NCBI GenBank assembly: GCA_017880945.1
Contig: JADGRM010000001.1
Location: forward strand, 1 to 42,355
Source of the DNA: Gallionella sp.
Lineage (GTDB): Bacteria > Pseudomonadota > Gammaproteobacteria > Burkholderiales > Gallionellaceae
Length of the DNA: 42,355 nucleotides
Reading direction: 5' to 3'
In this document: positions 7,365 through 17,776 of the stretch, one piece after another
Numbering within the stretch: position 1 is the first letter of the stretch
Layout: every line of letters begins with the position of its first letter
Notes under the pieces: generated by a model
Told to the model about the DNA's origin: nothing
The model's database searches: none
The model's input: the letters and a program-made list of their open reading frames with translations, nothing else
Program-made: the position numbers and the translations under genes

Positions 7365-8672
7365 ATGGCTAAGAAGATGCATGATACCCCAAACTTGGAT
7401 CAACTCGAGGATGGTCCGTGGCCCAGTTTTGTGACCGGCTTGAAAGAGTTGGCCAAGGATAAAGATTACGTTGTTGATCTGCTCGGTCAGCTCGAGACCT
7501 CATACAGGACCAAAAAGGGCTACTGGAAGGGCGGGACGGTCGGCGTGTTCGGTTATGGCGGCGGGATTATCCCGCGCTTCACCGAACTCAAGGATGAAGC
7601 CGGCAATCCGATTTACAAGGATTGTACCGAGTTTCATACGCTGCGCGTGATGCCGCCTCCCGGTATGCACTACGATACCAATACTCTGCGCGAATTTTGC
7701 GACATCTGGGAGAAACATGGTTCCGGCCTGATTGCATTCCATGGCCAGTCTGGCGACATCATGTTCCAGGGCGCGACCACTGACAACGTGCAGAAGGCTT
7801 TCGACGAGATCAACGAGATGGGCTTTGACCTCGGCGGCGCGGGCCCGGCAGTGCGTACCTCGATGTCTTGCGTGGGCGCGGCGCGCTGCGAACAGTCCTG
7901 TTACGACGAGGCCAATGCACAACGCAGCGTGCTGAATACTTTTCTCGATGATATACACCGCCCTTCCTTGCCGTACAAATTCAAATTCAAATTCTCCGGC
8001 TGCCCGAACGACTGCATGAATTCCGTGCAGCGTGCCGACATGGCAGTGATCGGCACCTGGCGCGACAACATCCGTACCGATGAGGAATTGGCCAAGAAAT
8101 GGTTCGCCAAGCATGGCATGGACGAGTTGGTGAACGACGTTGTGGCTCGTTGCCCGACCAAGACCTTTCAACTCAAGCAGATCAAGAATGTCAAAAGCGG
8201 CCCAAGCATCTCCAGTGTTGCGATCAGTGACACTCACGCGATAGAGATCGATAACCACGATTGCGTGCGTTGCATGCACTGTATCAATGTGATGACTGGT
8301 GCTTTGGCTCCCGGCGAAGACAAGGGCGCAAGCGTGCTGGTCGGCGGCAAGAGCACATTGAAGATCGGTGGCCTGATGGGCACGGTCATCATTCCTTTCA
8401 TGAAACTTGACACAGAAGAGGACGTGCAGAAACTGGTTGACCTTGGGCAGCGCACCATAGACTTTTTCGCGGAAAACGCGCTCGAACACGAGCGTACCGG
8501 CGAAATGATCGAGCGTATCGGTTTGATCAATTTCCTGGAAGGTGTGGAAGTCGAAGTTGATCCGAACATGGTTTCCACCCCCCGCACTAATCCATATGTC
8601 CGTACTGATGGCTGGGATGAGGAAGTCGCCAGGATCAACGCCCAGAAAATCAAAAAGCAGCAAGCCGCCTGA
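7365..8672 (+). CDS. dsrA: Dissimilatory sulfite reductase alpha subunit (reverse type)
   Basis: TPNLDQLEDGPWPSFV, YWKGG, siroheme-[4Fe-4S] motifs CVGAARC and FSGCPNDC, ferredoxin CVRCMHC. Start at MAKK. Confidence 0.97.
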   Translation: MAKKMHDTPNLDQLEDGPWPSFVTGLKELAKDKDYVVDLLGQLETSYRTKKGYWKGGTVGVFGYGGGIIPRFTELKDEAGNPIYKDCTEFHTLRVMPPPGMHYDTNTLREFCDIWEKHGSGLIAFHGQSGDIMFQGATTDNVQKAFDEINEMGFDLGGAGPAVRTSMSCVGAARCEQSCYDEANAQRSVLNTFLDDIHRPSLPYKFKFKFSGCPNDCMNSVQRADMAVIGTWRDNIRTDEELAKKWFAKHGMDELVNDVVARCPTKTFQLKQIKNVKSGPSISSVAISDTHAIEIDNHDCVRCMHCINVMTGALAPGEDKGASVLVGGKSTLKIGGLMGTVIIPFMKLDTEEDVQKLVDLGQRTIDFFAENALEHERTGEMIERIGLINFLEGVEVEVDPNMVSTPRTNPYVRTDGWDEEVARINAQKIKKQQAA

Positions 8673-8683
8673 GGAGACATAAA

Positions 8684-9778
8684 ATGAATCAAGCAGTTCA
8701 AGAGAAGCCAGCGCAAAAGCGCAAGCCAAAAGAAACCGGGGTGCCGGACAACAAGAAGTATCTGCATCCGCTGATGGTGAAGAACTACGGCAAGTGGAAA
8801 TATCATGACCGCCCACGCCCCGGAGTACTGCGTCACGTGGCACATAGTGGCGACCAGATTTGGACGGTGCGTGCCGGCACGCAGCGGCAAATGGACGTGG
8901 GAACCATCCGTTTGCTATGCGATATCGCCGACAAGTACGCAGAAGGTCATGTGCGATTCACGATCCGCTCCAACATCGAGTACATGGTCTCCAAGGCTTC
9001 GATGGTCGATCCGCTGATCGCCGAACTGGAAAAGCACGGTTTCCCGGTGGGCGGTACCGGCAACTCGATTTCAATGATTTCCCACACGCAAGGCTGGCTG
9101 CATTGCGATATTCCGGGTACGGATGCTTCGGGTGTGGTTAAGTCATTGATGGATGATTTGATCGTTGAATTCAAGCGCGAGGAGATGCCCAACCGTGTGC
9201 ACCTTTCAACTTCATGCTGTGAAATCAACTGCGGCGGACAGGCTGATCTTGCGATCATCGTGCAACATACCAAACCACCCGTGATCAATCACGATCTGGT
9301 AGCCAACGTGTGCGAGCGTCCTACGGTTGTGGCGCGTTGTCCGGTGGCGGCGATACGCCCGGCCATGGTGAACGGCAAGCCATCCCTGGAAATCGATGAG
9401 ACCAAGTGCATGTGCTGCGGTGCCTGCTATCCTCCTTGCCCGCCGATGCAGATCAATGATCCGGAGTATTCCAAGCTGGCTATCTGGGTAGGCGGCAAAA
9501 ACTCCAATGCACGCGGCAAGCCGACTTTCATGAAGATGGTCGCGTCCGGCCTGCCCAACAATCCACCAAGATGGCCGGAAGTCAACGAGGTGGTTAAAAG
9601 GATATTGCATGTGTACAAGGATGATGCCCGTCCATGGGAGCGTATGGCTGATTGGATCGAGCGTATCGGCTGGCCGCGCTTCTTTGAAAAGACCGAATTG
9701 CCATTCACCAAATATCTGATCGACGATTGGCGTGGTTCACGTTCCACGTTCAATGCTTCCACTCATATTCGCTTTTAA
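8684..9778 (+). CDS. dsrB: Dissimilatory sulfite reductase beta subunit
   Basis: HTQGWLHCDIP, SCCEINCG, CMCCGAC, NNPPRWPE, IERIGWPRFF. Confidence 0.97.
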   Translation: MNQAVQEKPAQKRKPKETGVPDNKKYLHPLMVKNYGKWKYHDRPRPGVLRHVAHSGDQIWTVRAGTQRQMDVGTIRLLCDIADKYAEGHVRFTIRSNIEYMVSKASMVDPLIAELEKHGFPVGGTGNSISMISHTQGWLHCDIPGTDASGVVKSLMDDLIVEFKREEMPNRVHLSTSCCEINCGGQADLAIIVQHTKPPVINHDLVANVCERPTVVARCPVAAIRPAMVNGKPSLEIDETKCMCCGACYPPCPPMQINDPEYSKLAIWVGGKNSNARGKPTFMKMVASGLPNNPPRWPEVNEVVKRILHVYKDDARPWERMADWIERIGWPRFFEKTELPFTKYLIDDWRGSRSTFNASTHIRF

Positions 9779-9792
9779 CCGGGAGCGGCCGC

Positions 9793-10152
9793 ATGAAATT
9801 TGGAATTGTCGTTAACGAAGGGCCTTACCAGCATCAAGCCAGTGATACGGCCTATTTGTTCTGCAAGGCCGCCATAGAAAAAGGCCATGAGGTTTGGCGC
9901 GTGTTTTTTTATCACGATGGTGTGAACAACGCATCGAAGTTGACAGAGCCGCCGCAGGATGACCGGAATATCGTGAATCGTTGGGGCAAGCTCAACGAGG
10001 AGCATGGCGTGGATCTGGTGGTTTGCGTAGCGGCGGCTTTGCGACGCGGCATCAAGGAGGAAAATCTGGCGAAAGGCTTCAGGATTTCCGGTCTGGGGCA
10101 GATGGTGGAAGCGGGCGTCAAAACAGATCGTTTGATCGTGTTTGGCGATTAA
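9793..10152 (+). CDS. dsrE: Sulfurtransferase DsrE
   Basis: NEGPYQHQASD, FFYHDGV, VCVAAALRRG (active Cys), ISGLGQ. Confidence 0.93.
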   Translation: MKFGIVVNEGPYQHQASDTAYLFCKAAIEKGHEVWRVFFYHDGVNNASKLTEPPQDDRNIVNRWGKLNEEHGVDLVVCVAAALRRGIKEENLAKGFRISGLGQMVEAGVKTDRLIVFGD

Positions 10153-10162
10153 GGGGAACGGG

Positions 10163-10528
10163 ATGAGTGATATCAAGAAATTCATGTTCGTCAACCGCAA
10201 GGCCCCGCACGGCACGATCTACGCGCTGGAGTCGCTTGAGGTGGTTCTGATCACCGCCGCCTTCGATCAGGACGTTTCTTTGGTTTTTTTGGATGACGGC
10301 GTGTATCAGCTAAAAAAAGGGCAGCAGACCAAGGGCATCGCAACCAAAAACTTTTCGCCCGCCTATCGCGCGCTGGAAGGTTATGACGTAGAGAAACTGT
10401 ATGTCGAAAAAGAATCTATGGAAGCACGCGGTCTCAGCGAGGAAGATTTGCTGGTGGATGTGACCGTACTGGGACGCGCAGAAATGGGCGAGTTGATGGA
10501 TCAGCAAGACGTGGTCTTGAGCTTCTAA
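10163..10528 (+). CDS. dsrF: DsrF
   Basis: NRKAPHGTIYALESLE and FLDDGVYQL; position in dsrEFH. Confidence 0.93.
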   Translation: MSDIKKFMFVNRKAPHGTIYALESLEVVLITAAFDQDVSLVFLDDGVYQLKKGQQTKGIATKNFSPAYRALEGYDVEKLYVEKESMEARGLSEEDLLVDVTVLGRAEMGELMDQQDVVLSF

Positions 10529-10542
10529 GGGAGAATTTTTAC

Positions 10543-10839
10543 ATGTTGCATATCATCAACAAAGCTCCTCTGACGAATTGCGCGCTCGACAGCTGTTTAC
10601 GCGTGGCTCAATCCGGCGATATTTTGCTTATCGAGGATGCGGTCTACGCTGCCACATCCGGCAATGCTTTTGAGGGTAAAATACGCGAGGCGTTGGACCG
10701 TTTCAAGATATATGTTTTGATGCCCGATCTTGAAGCACGCGGACTAGCCGATCGTATCATCGAGGGTATTTCACCAGTCGATTACGGCGGCTTCGTCGAT
10801 CTCACCACGACCAATAAAAACTGCCAATCCTGGCTCTAA
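10543..10839 (+). CDS. dsrH: DsrH
   Basis: MLHIINK, LLIEDAVYAA, DLEARGL, VDYGGFVDL, QSWL. Confidence 0.93.
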   Translation: MLHIINKAPLTNCALDSCLRVAQSGDILLIEDAVYAATSGNAFEGKIREALDRFKIYVLMPDLEARGLADRIIEGISPVDYGGFVDLTTTNKNCQSWL

Positions 10840-10864
10840 CTTTCATCATATAAGGAGAATTACC

Positions 10865-11200
10865 ATGGCCAACATCGAAGTCGAAGGAAAATCTTATGAA
10901 ACCGACGAAGAGGGCTATCTTGTCAATCTGGCTGACTGGAATAAAGATATCGCCAACTACATCGCCAAAACTGAAAACGTCGACATGACGGATCAGCATT
11001 GGGAGGTCATCAATTTTCTGCGTGAGTATTTTGAAGAATATCAGATCGCCCCTGCAGTTCGTGTTTTGACCAAAGCGATAGGCAAAAAACTGGGAGCCGA
11101 CAAAGGCAACAGCGAGTATCTGTATGGCCTGTTCCCTTACGGGCCAGGCAAGCAAGCTTGCAAGATCGCCGGATTGCCGAAGCCAACCGGTTGTGTCTGA
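10865..11200 (+). CDS. dsrC: Sulfur carrier DsrC
   Basis: ETDEEGYL and the C-terminal CX10C motif ACKIAGLPKPTGCV. Confidence 0.96.
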   Translation: MANIEVEGKSYETDEEGYLVNLADWNKDIANYIAKTENVDMTDQHWEVINFLREYFEEYQIAPAVRVLTKAIGKKLGADKGNSEYLYGLFPYGPGKQACKIAGLPKPTGCV

Positions 11201-11235
11201 TCCGGATATTTGAACGGATATACAGTAACTGACTC

Positions 11236-11979
11236 ATGATGAGCACCTTATTCGCAATCCTGTTTTACTTTGCCACCTTGGTGTTTGTCGTGGGTACGCT
11301 CTACCGTATCAGCATTTATACCCGTACTCCCGCCCCGCTCAAAATACCCACCACGCCGGCACCGATTACCACCGGCGGGGTCGTGTTGCGCATGATGCGC
11401 GAGGTGTTCCTGTTTGAAAGCCTGTTCAAGGCGAATTTATGGACGTGGGGCTTGGGGTGGTTGTTTCATGCCAGCCTGGCCCTTGTTCTGTTGCGTCACT
11501 TGCGGTACTTCACCGAGCCGGTTTGGGCTTGGGTGGCGTTCATTCAACCGTTTGGTATGTACGCCGGCATCACCATGGTGCTAGGTGTGGCGGGACTGTG
11601 GGCGAGACGCATTTTTGTCGAACGCATCCGCTACATATCCACTCCCTCAGACCACCTGATGCTGGCATTGTTCCTGGCGATAGGGGTATCCGGCCTGGTG
11701 ATGAGATTTGTTGTACATGGCGATGTGATCGGCGTGAAGGGATTCATGCTCGGGCTGATGTATTTTGATTGGCAGGCTTTGCCTTCCAGCATCGGTCTTT
11801 ATGTGCATCTATCGCTGGTCGCAGTGCTGTTGATGATCTTCCCGATCAGCAAGTTGTTACATGCCCCCGGATTGTTTTTTTCACCCGGCCGCAACCAGGC
11901 AGATAACTCGCGCGACAAACGACATATTTCTGGCTGGGCCAAACAACTGGAGCCCAAAGACATGGGTAACGCAAAATGA
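11236..11979 (+). CDS. dsrM: DsrM, membrane b-type cytochrome (NarI-like)
   Basis: Multiple TM helices, PAPLKIPTTP, WLFH, RHLRYF, SKLLHAPG. Confidence 0.92.
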   Translation: MMSTLFAILFYFATLVFVVGTLYRISIYTRTPAPLKIPTTPAPITTGGVVLRMMREVFLFESLFKANLWTWGLGWLFHASLALVLLRHLRYFTEPVWAWVAFIQPFGMYAGITMVLGVAGLWARRIFVERIRYISTPSDHLMLALFLAIGVSGLVMRFVVHGDVIGVKGFMLGLMYFDWQALPSSIGLYVHLSLVAVLLMIFPISKLLHAPGLFFSPGRNQADNSRDKRHISGWAKQLEPKDMGNAK

Positions 11980-13508
11980 GCGCTACGATTACAGCTCCCC
12001 CTTATCGCGTCATTCCTATTATTCCGGTTTTGAAACCGGGGGCCATGGAAGGCAGTGGCCCTTATGTTGCGAGCGATAAGATTCAGGAAGCGCTCGGTTT
12101 TCCCGGCCACTTGGTTGACAACTGGCATGATCAGGCGATTGCCAAGATGGGTGAATTGCTCGGCAAGTACCGTTCCCTGAAGGTGTATATGGATAGCTGC
12201 GTGCATTGCGGCGCATGCTCGGATAAATGCCATTACTTCATCGGCACGCAGGATCCGAAAAACATGCCTGTGGCGCGCCAGGATCTGATGCGCAGCGTAT
12301 ACCGCCGTTATTTCACATTGCCGGGCAAGATATTCCCCAAACTTGTTGGTGCACGCGATTTGACCCGCGAAGTGCTCGACGAATGGCACAACTACTTCCA
12401 CCAATGTTCCGAGTGCCGGCGTTGCTCGGTATTCTGCCCGTACGGCATTGATACCGCTGAAGTCACCATGGCGGCTCGCGAGATTCTTGATTCCGTCGGT
12501 TACGGCCAGAAGTATGACAATGAGATCATCGGCAAAGTCCACAAGATAGGCAACAACCTCGGTCTGCCCGCTCCCGCTCTTCGGGATACGCTGGAAGGGT
12601 TGGAAGAAGATGTCAAAGAGGACACCGGAATCGATGTGCGCTTTCCGGTCGATGTCAAGGGTGCGGAGGTGCTACTGATCACACCGTCCGCCGACTTTTT
12701 TGCCGAACCTCATATCGACAGCCTGATCGGTTACGCCAAAGTCTTTCATGCAGCAGGTACCAGTTGGACTCTGTCTTCTTTTGCTTCCGAGGCAGGCAAT
12801 TTCGGCATGTTCATCGGCAATTACGAGCAACTGCGTACGATTGCGCTGCGTATTCGAGAAGTTGCGCTGGAATTGGGCGTAAAGCGCATCGTGGTAGGAG
12901 AATGCGGCCATGCCTGGCGCGTTGCTTACAGCTTCTGGAATACCTTGACCGGAGTGGGAGATGGCGCAGACCCAAACGACCAGTTCGCGATGATGTTGCA
13001 AAAGCAGCTCGACCATCGCTACAAACAGCCGATGCATATTTGCGAATTCACTCTGGATCTGATCGAACAGAAAGCGCTGTCCTTCGACAAGGAGGCCAAT
13101 GACAAGCACATCATCACCTTTCACGATTCATGCAACGTGGCGCGCGGTTCGCGCATGGGCGATTATCCGGGTGGCCAGTTTGATATTCCGCGCAACATCA
13201 TCAAGGCAGTCGCCAATAATTTCTTCGAAATGAATCCCGACACTACACATGAGCGGACTTTTTGTTGCGGCGGCGGCGGGGGTCTGTTGACCGACGACTT
13301 GCTTGACCTGCGCGTAAAAGGCGCGCTACCGCGCATGGAGGCATTAAAGCAGGCGGCTGATGAGCACGGAGTGAATTTCATGGCCTGCATATGCGCGATA
13401 TGCAAAACGCAATTCTCCAAAGTGCTGCCGTATTACGGGTTTGAGAGAAACATGGTTGGCGGTGTTCACCAGCTGGTCAGCAACGCGATCAAGCTGGGTG
13501 CGAAATAA
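11976..13508 (+). CDS. dsrK: DsrK, Fe-S heterodisulfide-reductase-like subunit
   Basis: CVHCGACSDKC, CSECRRCSVFCP, GECGH, HDSC, CCGGGGG (CCG domain). ATGA overlap with dsrM. Confidence 0.95.
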   Translation: MSATITAPPYRVIPIIPVLKPGAMEGSGPYVASDKIQEALGFPGHLVDNWHDQAIAKMGELLGKYRSLKVYMDSCVHCGACSDKCHYFIGTQDPKNMPVARQDLMRSVYRRYFTLPGKIFPKLVGARDLTREVLDEWHNYFHQCSECRRCSVFCPYGIDTAEVTMAAREILDSVGYGQKYDNEIIGKVHKIGNNLGLPAPALRDTLEGLEEDVKEDTGIDVRFPVDVKGAEVLLITPSADFFAEPHIDSLIGYAKVFHAAGTSWTLSSFASEAGNFGMFIGNYEQLRTIALRIREVALELGVKRIVVGECGHAWRVAYSFWNTLTGVGDGADPNDQFAMMLQKQLDHRYKQPMHICEFTLDLIEQKALSFDKEANDKHIITFHDSCNVARGSRMGDYPGGQFDIPRNIIKAVANNFFEMNPDTTHERTFCCGGGGGLLTDDLLDLRVKGALPRMEALKQAADEHGVNFMACICAICKTQFSKVLPYYGFERNMVGGVHQLVSNAIKLGAK

Positions 13509-13528
13509 CAATTCACTGGAGGCAGGCA

Positions 13529-15496
13529 ATGTCATCAACAACAGAAACGACTCAACAAATAACTTTCCGCCGCTATAAAGATGGCGACAATAAAGTCGGC
13601 CGCTTGAGCGAGAAGATCATGCAGTCGAGTTATACGCACAAGTGCCCGACCTATATTCAGTCCACACCACCTTGCCAGGGAAGTTGCCCTTCGGGTGAGG
13701 ATATCCGCGGCTATCTGGCCATCGTGCGCGGCACGGAAAAGCCACCGGTCGGAGCCGATGGCAAGCCGGCCATGTCCTGGCAGGAATATGCATTTCGCCG
13801 CTTGACCGAGGCCAATCCTTTTCCGTCGGTGATGGGTCGTGTTTGTCCGGCACCATGCGAGACCGGTTGCAATCGCAATGCCCTGGAAGACCACGTCGGT
13901 ATCAATTCGGTGGAACATTTTCTCGGCGAATATGCGATAGCCAATAATCTTTCCTATCACACGAGTGCTGCGCCAACCGGTAAAAAAGTGGCGGTCATCG
14001 GTGGTGGTCCGGCCAGCTTGTCCTGTGCTTACCAATTGGTGTTGAAGGGCCATGAAGTGACCGTGTTCGACGAGCACGAGCACCTGGGCGGCATGATGCG
14101 TTACGGCATTCCGGGTTTCCGTACGCCGCGCGATGTGCTGGATGCGGAAATCAAGCGCATCACTGATCTGGGCGTGAAGACGAGGATGAATTGCCGCGTC
14201 GGCAAGGACATAACCCTAGCGGAGATTCGCGAGGAATTTGATGCGGTGTTCCTCGGTATGGGGGCGCAAGCCGGCCGCGCGTTGCCGCTTGCGGACAGTT
14301 CTGCACCCAACGTGGTGACAGCCACTGCATTCCTCAAGGCTTTTAACGACGGACGTCTTCAGCACGTCGGCAAGCGTGTCGTGGTAGTCGGTGGCGGTGA
14401 TACTTCGATCGACGTGGCCACAGTCGCACGCCGTCTCGGCCATCTCGAGGAATCCAAACCGACAGATTTCGAGCAGGCCATCACAGGTCAGATCGCGCAT
14501 GATGTGGCCGAGATCTCGGCCAAGCAGGGCGCAGAAGTGACGCTGACTTCGATCTTCGCTATCGACAATATGCAGGCGAATAAACACGAGATCGAACAAG
14601 CGCTTGCAGAAGGTATCGCGATCCGCGGCAGCCTGGTGCCGATAGGCATCGTGCGCGGCGCGGATGGACGTGCCACAGCGTTGCGCGTCAGCCAGTGCGA
14701 AGCAAAGATGGCCGGCGGCAAACTGGAGGTCAAGAATATCGAGGGTACAGAGCAGGATATTCCCGCCGACCTGATCGTGTCAGCGATCGGTCAGGCAGTG
14801 GACTTTACCGGGCTGGAAGAATTCAACAACGGCAAGGGTGGGGTTTCGACAGATCGAAACTATCTGGTTGCCGGACAGAAAGGCGTGTTCGCCGGCGGAG
14901 ACATCATACGTCCGCATCTGCTGACCACGGCCATCGGCCACGGTTCTATCGCGGCGGATGGCATCCACAATTTCCTGAACGGTCTGGACCTGGAAAAACG
15001 CCCCAAGATCGACGCGCATCAATTCGACCTGATGCGCAAGATGATGGAGAAAGGGCTTGAAGTCAAAGAGGTGCATGAACCATTGCGTGGAACCGACCAT
15101 TCCAACATGGCAGTTCACAACTTCGACAATCGCTCGGATCGCTATGTGATCCCGCACGACAAATTGTTCCTGGGGCACTTTTCCATTGTCGCGCGCAACA
15201 AGCGCAATGTCGTTACCCTGAGCAAGGAATCCGCGCTGGGTAATTTTGAAGATCGTCTGGGCGTGCTCAGCCAGGAAAAAGCGGTCGCGGAAGCAAAACG
15301 CTGCATGAGCTGCGGAATGTGTTTCGAGTGCGACAATTGCGTGGTGTACTGTCCGCAGACCGCCGTGTTCCGTGTACCCAAGGCCAAGGCCACGCTCGGA
15401 CGTTATGTCGATACCGATTACAACAAGTGTATCGGCTGCCATATTTGCGCGGATGTGTGCCCGACGGGTTATATCCAGATGGGGTTGGGCGAGTAA
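13529..15496 (+). CDS. dsrL: DsrL, iron-sulfur flavoprotein NAD(P)H oxidoreductase
   Basis: PPCQGSCP, GRVCPAPCE, two Rossmann motifs, C-terminal ferredoxin motifs CFECDNC and CIGCHIC. Confidence 0.95.
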   Translation: MSSTTETTQQITFRRYKDGDNKVGRLSEKIMQSSYTHKCPTYIQSTPPCQGSCPSGEDIRGYLAIVRGTEKPPVGADGKPAMSWQEYAFRRLTEANPFPSVMGRVCPAPCETGCNRNALEDHVGINSVEHFLGEYAIANNLSYHTSAAPTGKKVAVIGGGPASLSCAYQLVLKGHEVTVFDEHEHLGGMMRYGIPGFRTPRDVLDAEIKRITDLGVKTRMNCRVGKDITLAEIREEFDAVFLGMGAQAGRALPLADSSAPNVVTATAFLKAFNDGRLQHVGKRVVVVGGGDTSIDVATVARRLGHLEESKPTDFEQAITGQIAHDVAEISAKQGAEVTLTSIFAIDNMQANKHEIEQALAEGIAIRGSLVPIGIVRGADGRATALRVSQCEAKMAGGKLEVKNIEGTEQDIPADLIVSAIGQAVDFTGLEEFNNGKGGVSTDRNYLVAGQKGVFAGGDIIRPHLLTTAIGHGSIAADGIHNFLNGLDLEKRPKIDAHQFDLMRKMMEKGLEVKEVHEPLRGTDHSNMAVHNFDNRSDRYVIPHDKLFLGHFSIVARNKRNVVTLSKESALGNFEDRLGVLSQEKAVAEAKRCMSCGMCFECDNCVVYCPQTAVFRVPKAKATLGRYVDTDYNKCIGCHICADVCPTGYIQMGLGE

Positions 15497-15501
15497 TCAA
15501 A

Positions 15502-15873
15502 ATGTTAAAACTATTCGCTCTGCTGGCGGCACTCTGCATGTGTGCATCTGCTGATGCCACTGAAAGTTACGGCATGCCCAAGCTCGATATAGGCAAAGGT
15601 GGCCAGTGCGTGGAAGAGCCGCAGTGGATGCGCAAGAACCACATGAAGGTGCTTTTTCAGCAACGCGATGAAACAGTGCACCAAGGCATACGCGACGGAA
15701 AATACAGCCTGAAGAACTGCATCGAGTGTCATGCCAGTTTGCGCGATAACAGCGTGATAGGGCGTGCCGACAGTTTCTGCGAAGGGTGTCACCGTTACGA
15801 AGCGGTCAAGATCGACTGTTTTGAATGCCACTCCAGCAAACGAAGCTCCGCTTTGGTGCAGAAAGAACATTAA
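15502..15873 (+). CDS. dsrJ: DsrJ, periplasmic triheme cytochrome c
   Basis: Signal peptide, MRKNHM, and three CXXCH motifs (CIECH, CEGCH, CFECH). Start at ATG 15502. Confidence 0.92.
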   Translation: MLKLFALLAALCMCASADATESYGMPKLDIGKGGQCVEEPQWMRKNHMKVLFQQRDETVHQGIRDGKYSLKNCIECHASLRDNSVIGRADSFCEGCHRYEAVKIDCFECHSSKRSSALVQKEH

Positions 15874-16590
15874 ATGAGCGATACGAATGTGCAGCGCAGG
15901 CAATTCCTGAAGACCTCGGTTGGGGCGGCAGCGGTCGCGATCGCCCCGGGAATGTTGCTGTTCGATATGGCACACGGTAAATCTGATCCTGTATCGAGCA
16001 AAGTGCGCTGGGGCATGTTGATCGACACCGCGAACTGTGCGGACGGTTGCAACGACTGCGTGACCGCATGCAACAAGGAAAATGGCTTGTCCGGCGGGCT
16101 GAGTCCGACCGACTCGCAGTGGATGCGCAAGGTCGAGCTCAAGGACATGCGCAGCGGCCGGACGCTTGCGCTTCCGATGATGTGCCAGCATTGCGAGGAG
16201 CCTCCCTGTGTGGACGTCTGTCCTACAGGCGCTTCCTTCAAGCGTGCTGACGGCATCGTGCTGGTGGACAAGCATCTGTGCATCGGTTGCCGCTACTGCA
16301 TGATGGCCTGCCCTTACAAGGCGCGCTCTTTCGTGCACGAACCGCTGCATGACCAGAAGCCCGATGTGCCGCGCGGCAGGGGCACGGTGGAAAGCTGCAC
16401 GATGTGCGTCCATCGCGTGGATAAAGGCCAGCAACCCGCTTGTGCGGAAGCCTGTCCGAACAAATCCATCCTGTTCGGCAATCTCAACGATCCTGAAAGC
16501 GAGATTTCCAAAAAAATTCGCACTGTCCAATCCACGCAGATTCGAGCTGATCTTGGGCTGAATACCGGCATCCGTTACCAGGGGATATAA
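15874..16590 (+). CDS. dsrO: DsrO, Tat-exported ferredoxin-like subunit
   Basis: Twin-arginine QRRQFLK and the motifs CQHCEEPPCVDVCP, CIGCRYCMMACP, CTMC. Confidence 0.93.
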   Translation: MSDTNVQRRQFLKTSVGAAAVAIAPGMLLFDMAHGKSDPVSSKVRWGMLIDTANCADGCNDCVTACNKENGLSGGLSPTDSQWMRKVELKDMRSGRTLALPMMCQHCEEPPCVDVCPTGASFKRADGIVLVDKHLCIGCRYCMMACPYKARSFVHEPLHDQKPDVPRGRGTVESCTMCVHRVDKGQQPACAEACPNKSILFGNLNDPESEISKKIRTVQSTQIRADLGLNTGIRYQGI

Positions 16591-16596
16591 ATAATA

Positions 16597-17775
16597 ATGA
16601 CCAGCCACTCTCCGCTGCGGTTTAAAAACAGAATCTACTACTCGCTGGTTGCGGCGGGTGGTTTGGTCGTGCTGATGGGGTTGTATGCCGCGCACATGAT
16701 GGAGGAGCACGGCCATATCATTACCGGCATGAACAACCAGATCGTCTGGGGGATACCCCATGTGTTCGCCATTTTTTTGATCGTTACCGCATCCGGTGTG
16801 CTCAACGTTTCATCCATCGGCTCGGTGTTCAATAAACCGGCCTACAAAGCCAGGGCGCCTTTGGCAGGCCTGCTTTCTATCGCAATGCTCGCGGGTGGAT
16901 TGACAGTTTTGATGCTCGATCTGGGTCGCCCCGACCGCATCATCGTGGCTATGACCCATTTTAATCCGACTTCAGTCTTTGCCTGGAACATCTTTCTCTA
17001 CTCGGGAATGTTCGCGGCTGTGGCTTTCTATTTGTGGACCATGATGGAAAAGCGCATGAACCCGTGGTCCAAGCCTGCAGGGTTATTGGTGTTTGTCTGG
17101 CGTTTCGTGCTCACTACCGGTACCGGTGTGATTTTTTCTTTTCTGGTGGCGCGACAAGCCTATGGGACGGCAATCTTGCCGCCGATGTTTATCGTCATGT
17201 CTTTCGCTTGGGGTATGGCAGTGTTCCATGTCGTGCAGGCCGCCATCTATGAATGGAATGGGAAATTGCTGGACGCGTATGTCCAGAAGCGTATGAAAAA
17301 CTTGATGGGCATATTTGTGATTGCCACTTTGTATTTTGTGGCAGCGTACCATCTGACGAACTTGTATTTCGCCCGGCAGGCAGAATTTGAGCGGTTCATA
17401 CTGTTCGATGGCGGGGTGTATCCGTTGGTGTTCTGGGTGGGGTACTTTCTTTTTGGAAACCTGATCCCGCTGCTGCTGATTTATCATCCTGCTCTGGGCA
17501 AATCGAAGTGCATACTCTTCGCTTCATTGCTTATCATCCTGGGCGGTTTTTCCCTGTTGTATGTGTTTATCATCGGTGGTCAGGCATTCCCATTATCCAT
17601 TTTTCCGGGCTATGAAGTCAGCAGCAGTTTTGGTGATGGCGCCATAGGTCTGTACCGTCCGTCAATGCCTGAAATAATGCTGGGGATGGGTGCCGTGGGC
17701 GTTTCTTTCCTGATTACGGCCATCGGTATTCGTATGCTGGATTTCGTGCCGCACGAGATACCAAAATCACGCTGA
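16597..17775 (+). CDS. dsrP: DsrP, NrfD/PsrC-family membrane subunit
   Basis: Highly hydrophobic; TGMNNQIVWG, DLGRPDR, IIGGQAFP. Confidence 0.92.
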   Translation: MTSHSPLRFKNRIYYSLVAAGGLVVLMGLYAAHMMEEHGHIITGMNNQIVWGIPHVFAIFLIVTASGVLNVSSIGSVFNKPAYKARAPLAGLLSIAMLAGGLTVLMLDLGRPDRIIVAMTHFNPTSVFAWNIFLYSGMFAAVAFYLWTMMEKRMNPWSKPAGLLVFVWRFVLTTGTGVIFSFLVARQAYGTAILPPMFIVMSFAWGMAVFHVVQAAIYEWNGKLLDAYVQKRMKNLMGIFVIATLYFVAAYHLTNLYFARQAEFERFILFDGGVYPLVFWVGYFLFGNLIPLLLIYHPALGKSKCILFASLLIILGGFSLLYVFIIGGQAFPLSIFPGYEVSSSFGDGAIGLYRPSMPEIMLGMGAVGVSFLITAIGIRMLDFVPHEIPKSR

Positions 17776-17776
17776 A

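Noticed and set aside
7500-8843. 447-aa antisense ORF over dsrA
   Set aside because: Shadow ORF opposite a well-supported gene; no recognisable motifs.
15511-16761. 416-aa antisense ORF over dsrJ/dsrO
   Set aside because: Shadow frame arising from codon bias; no domain signal.
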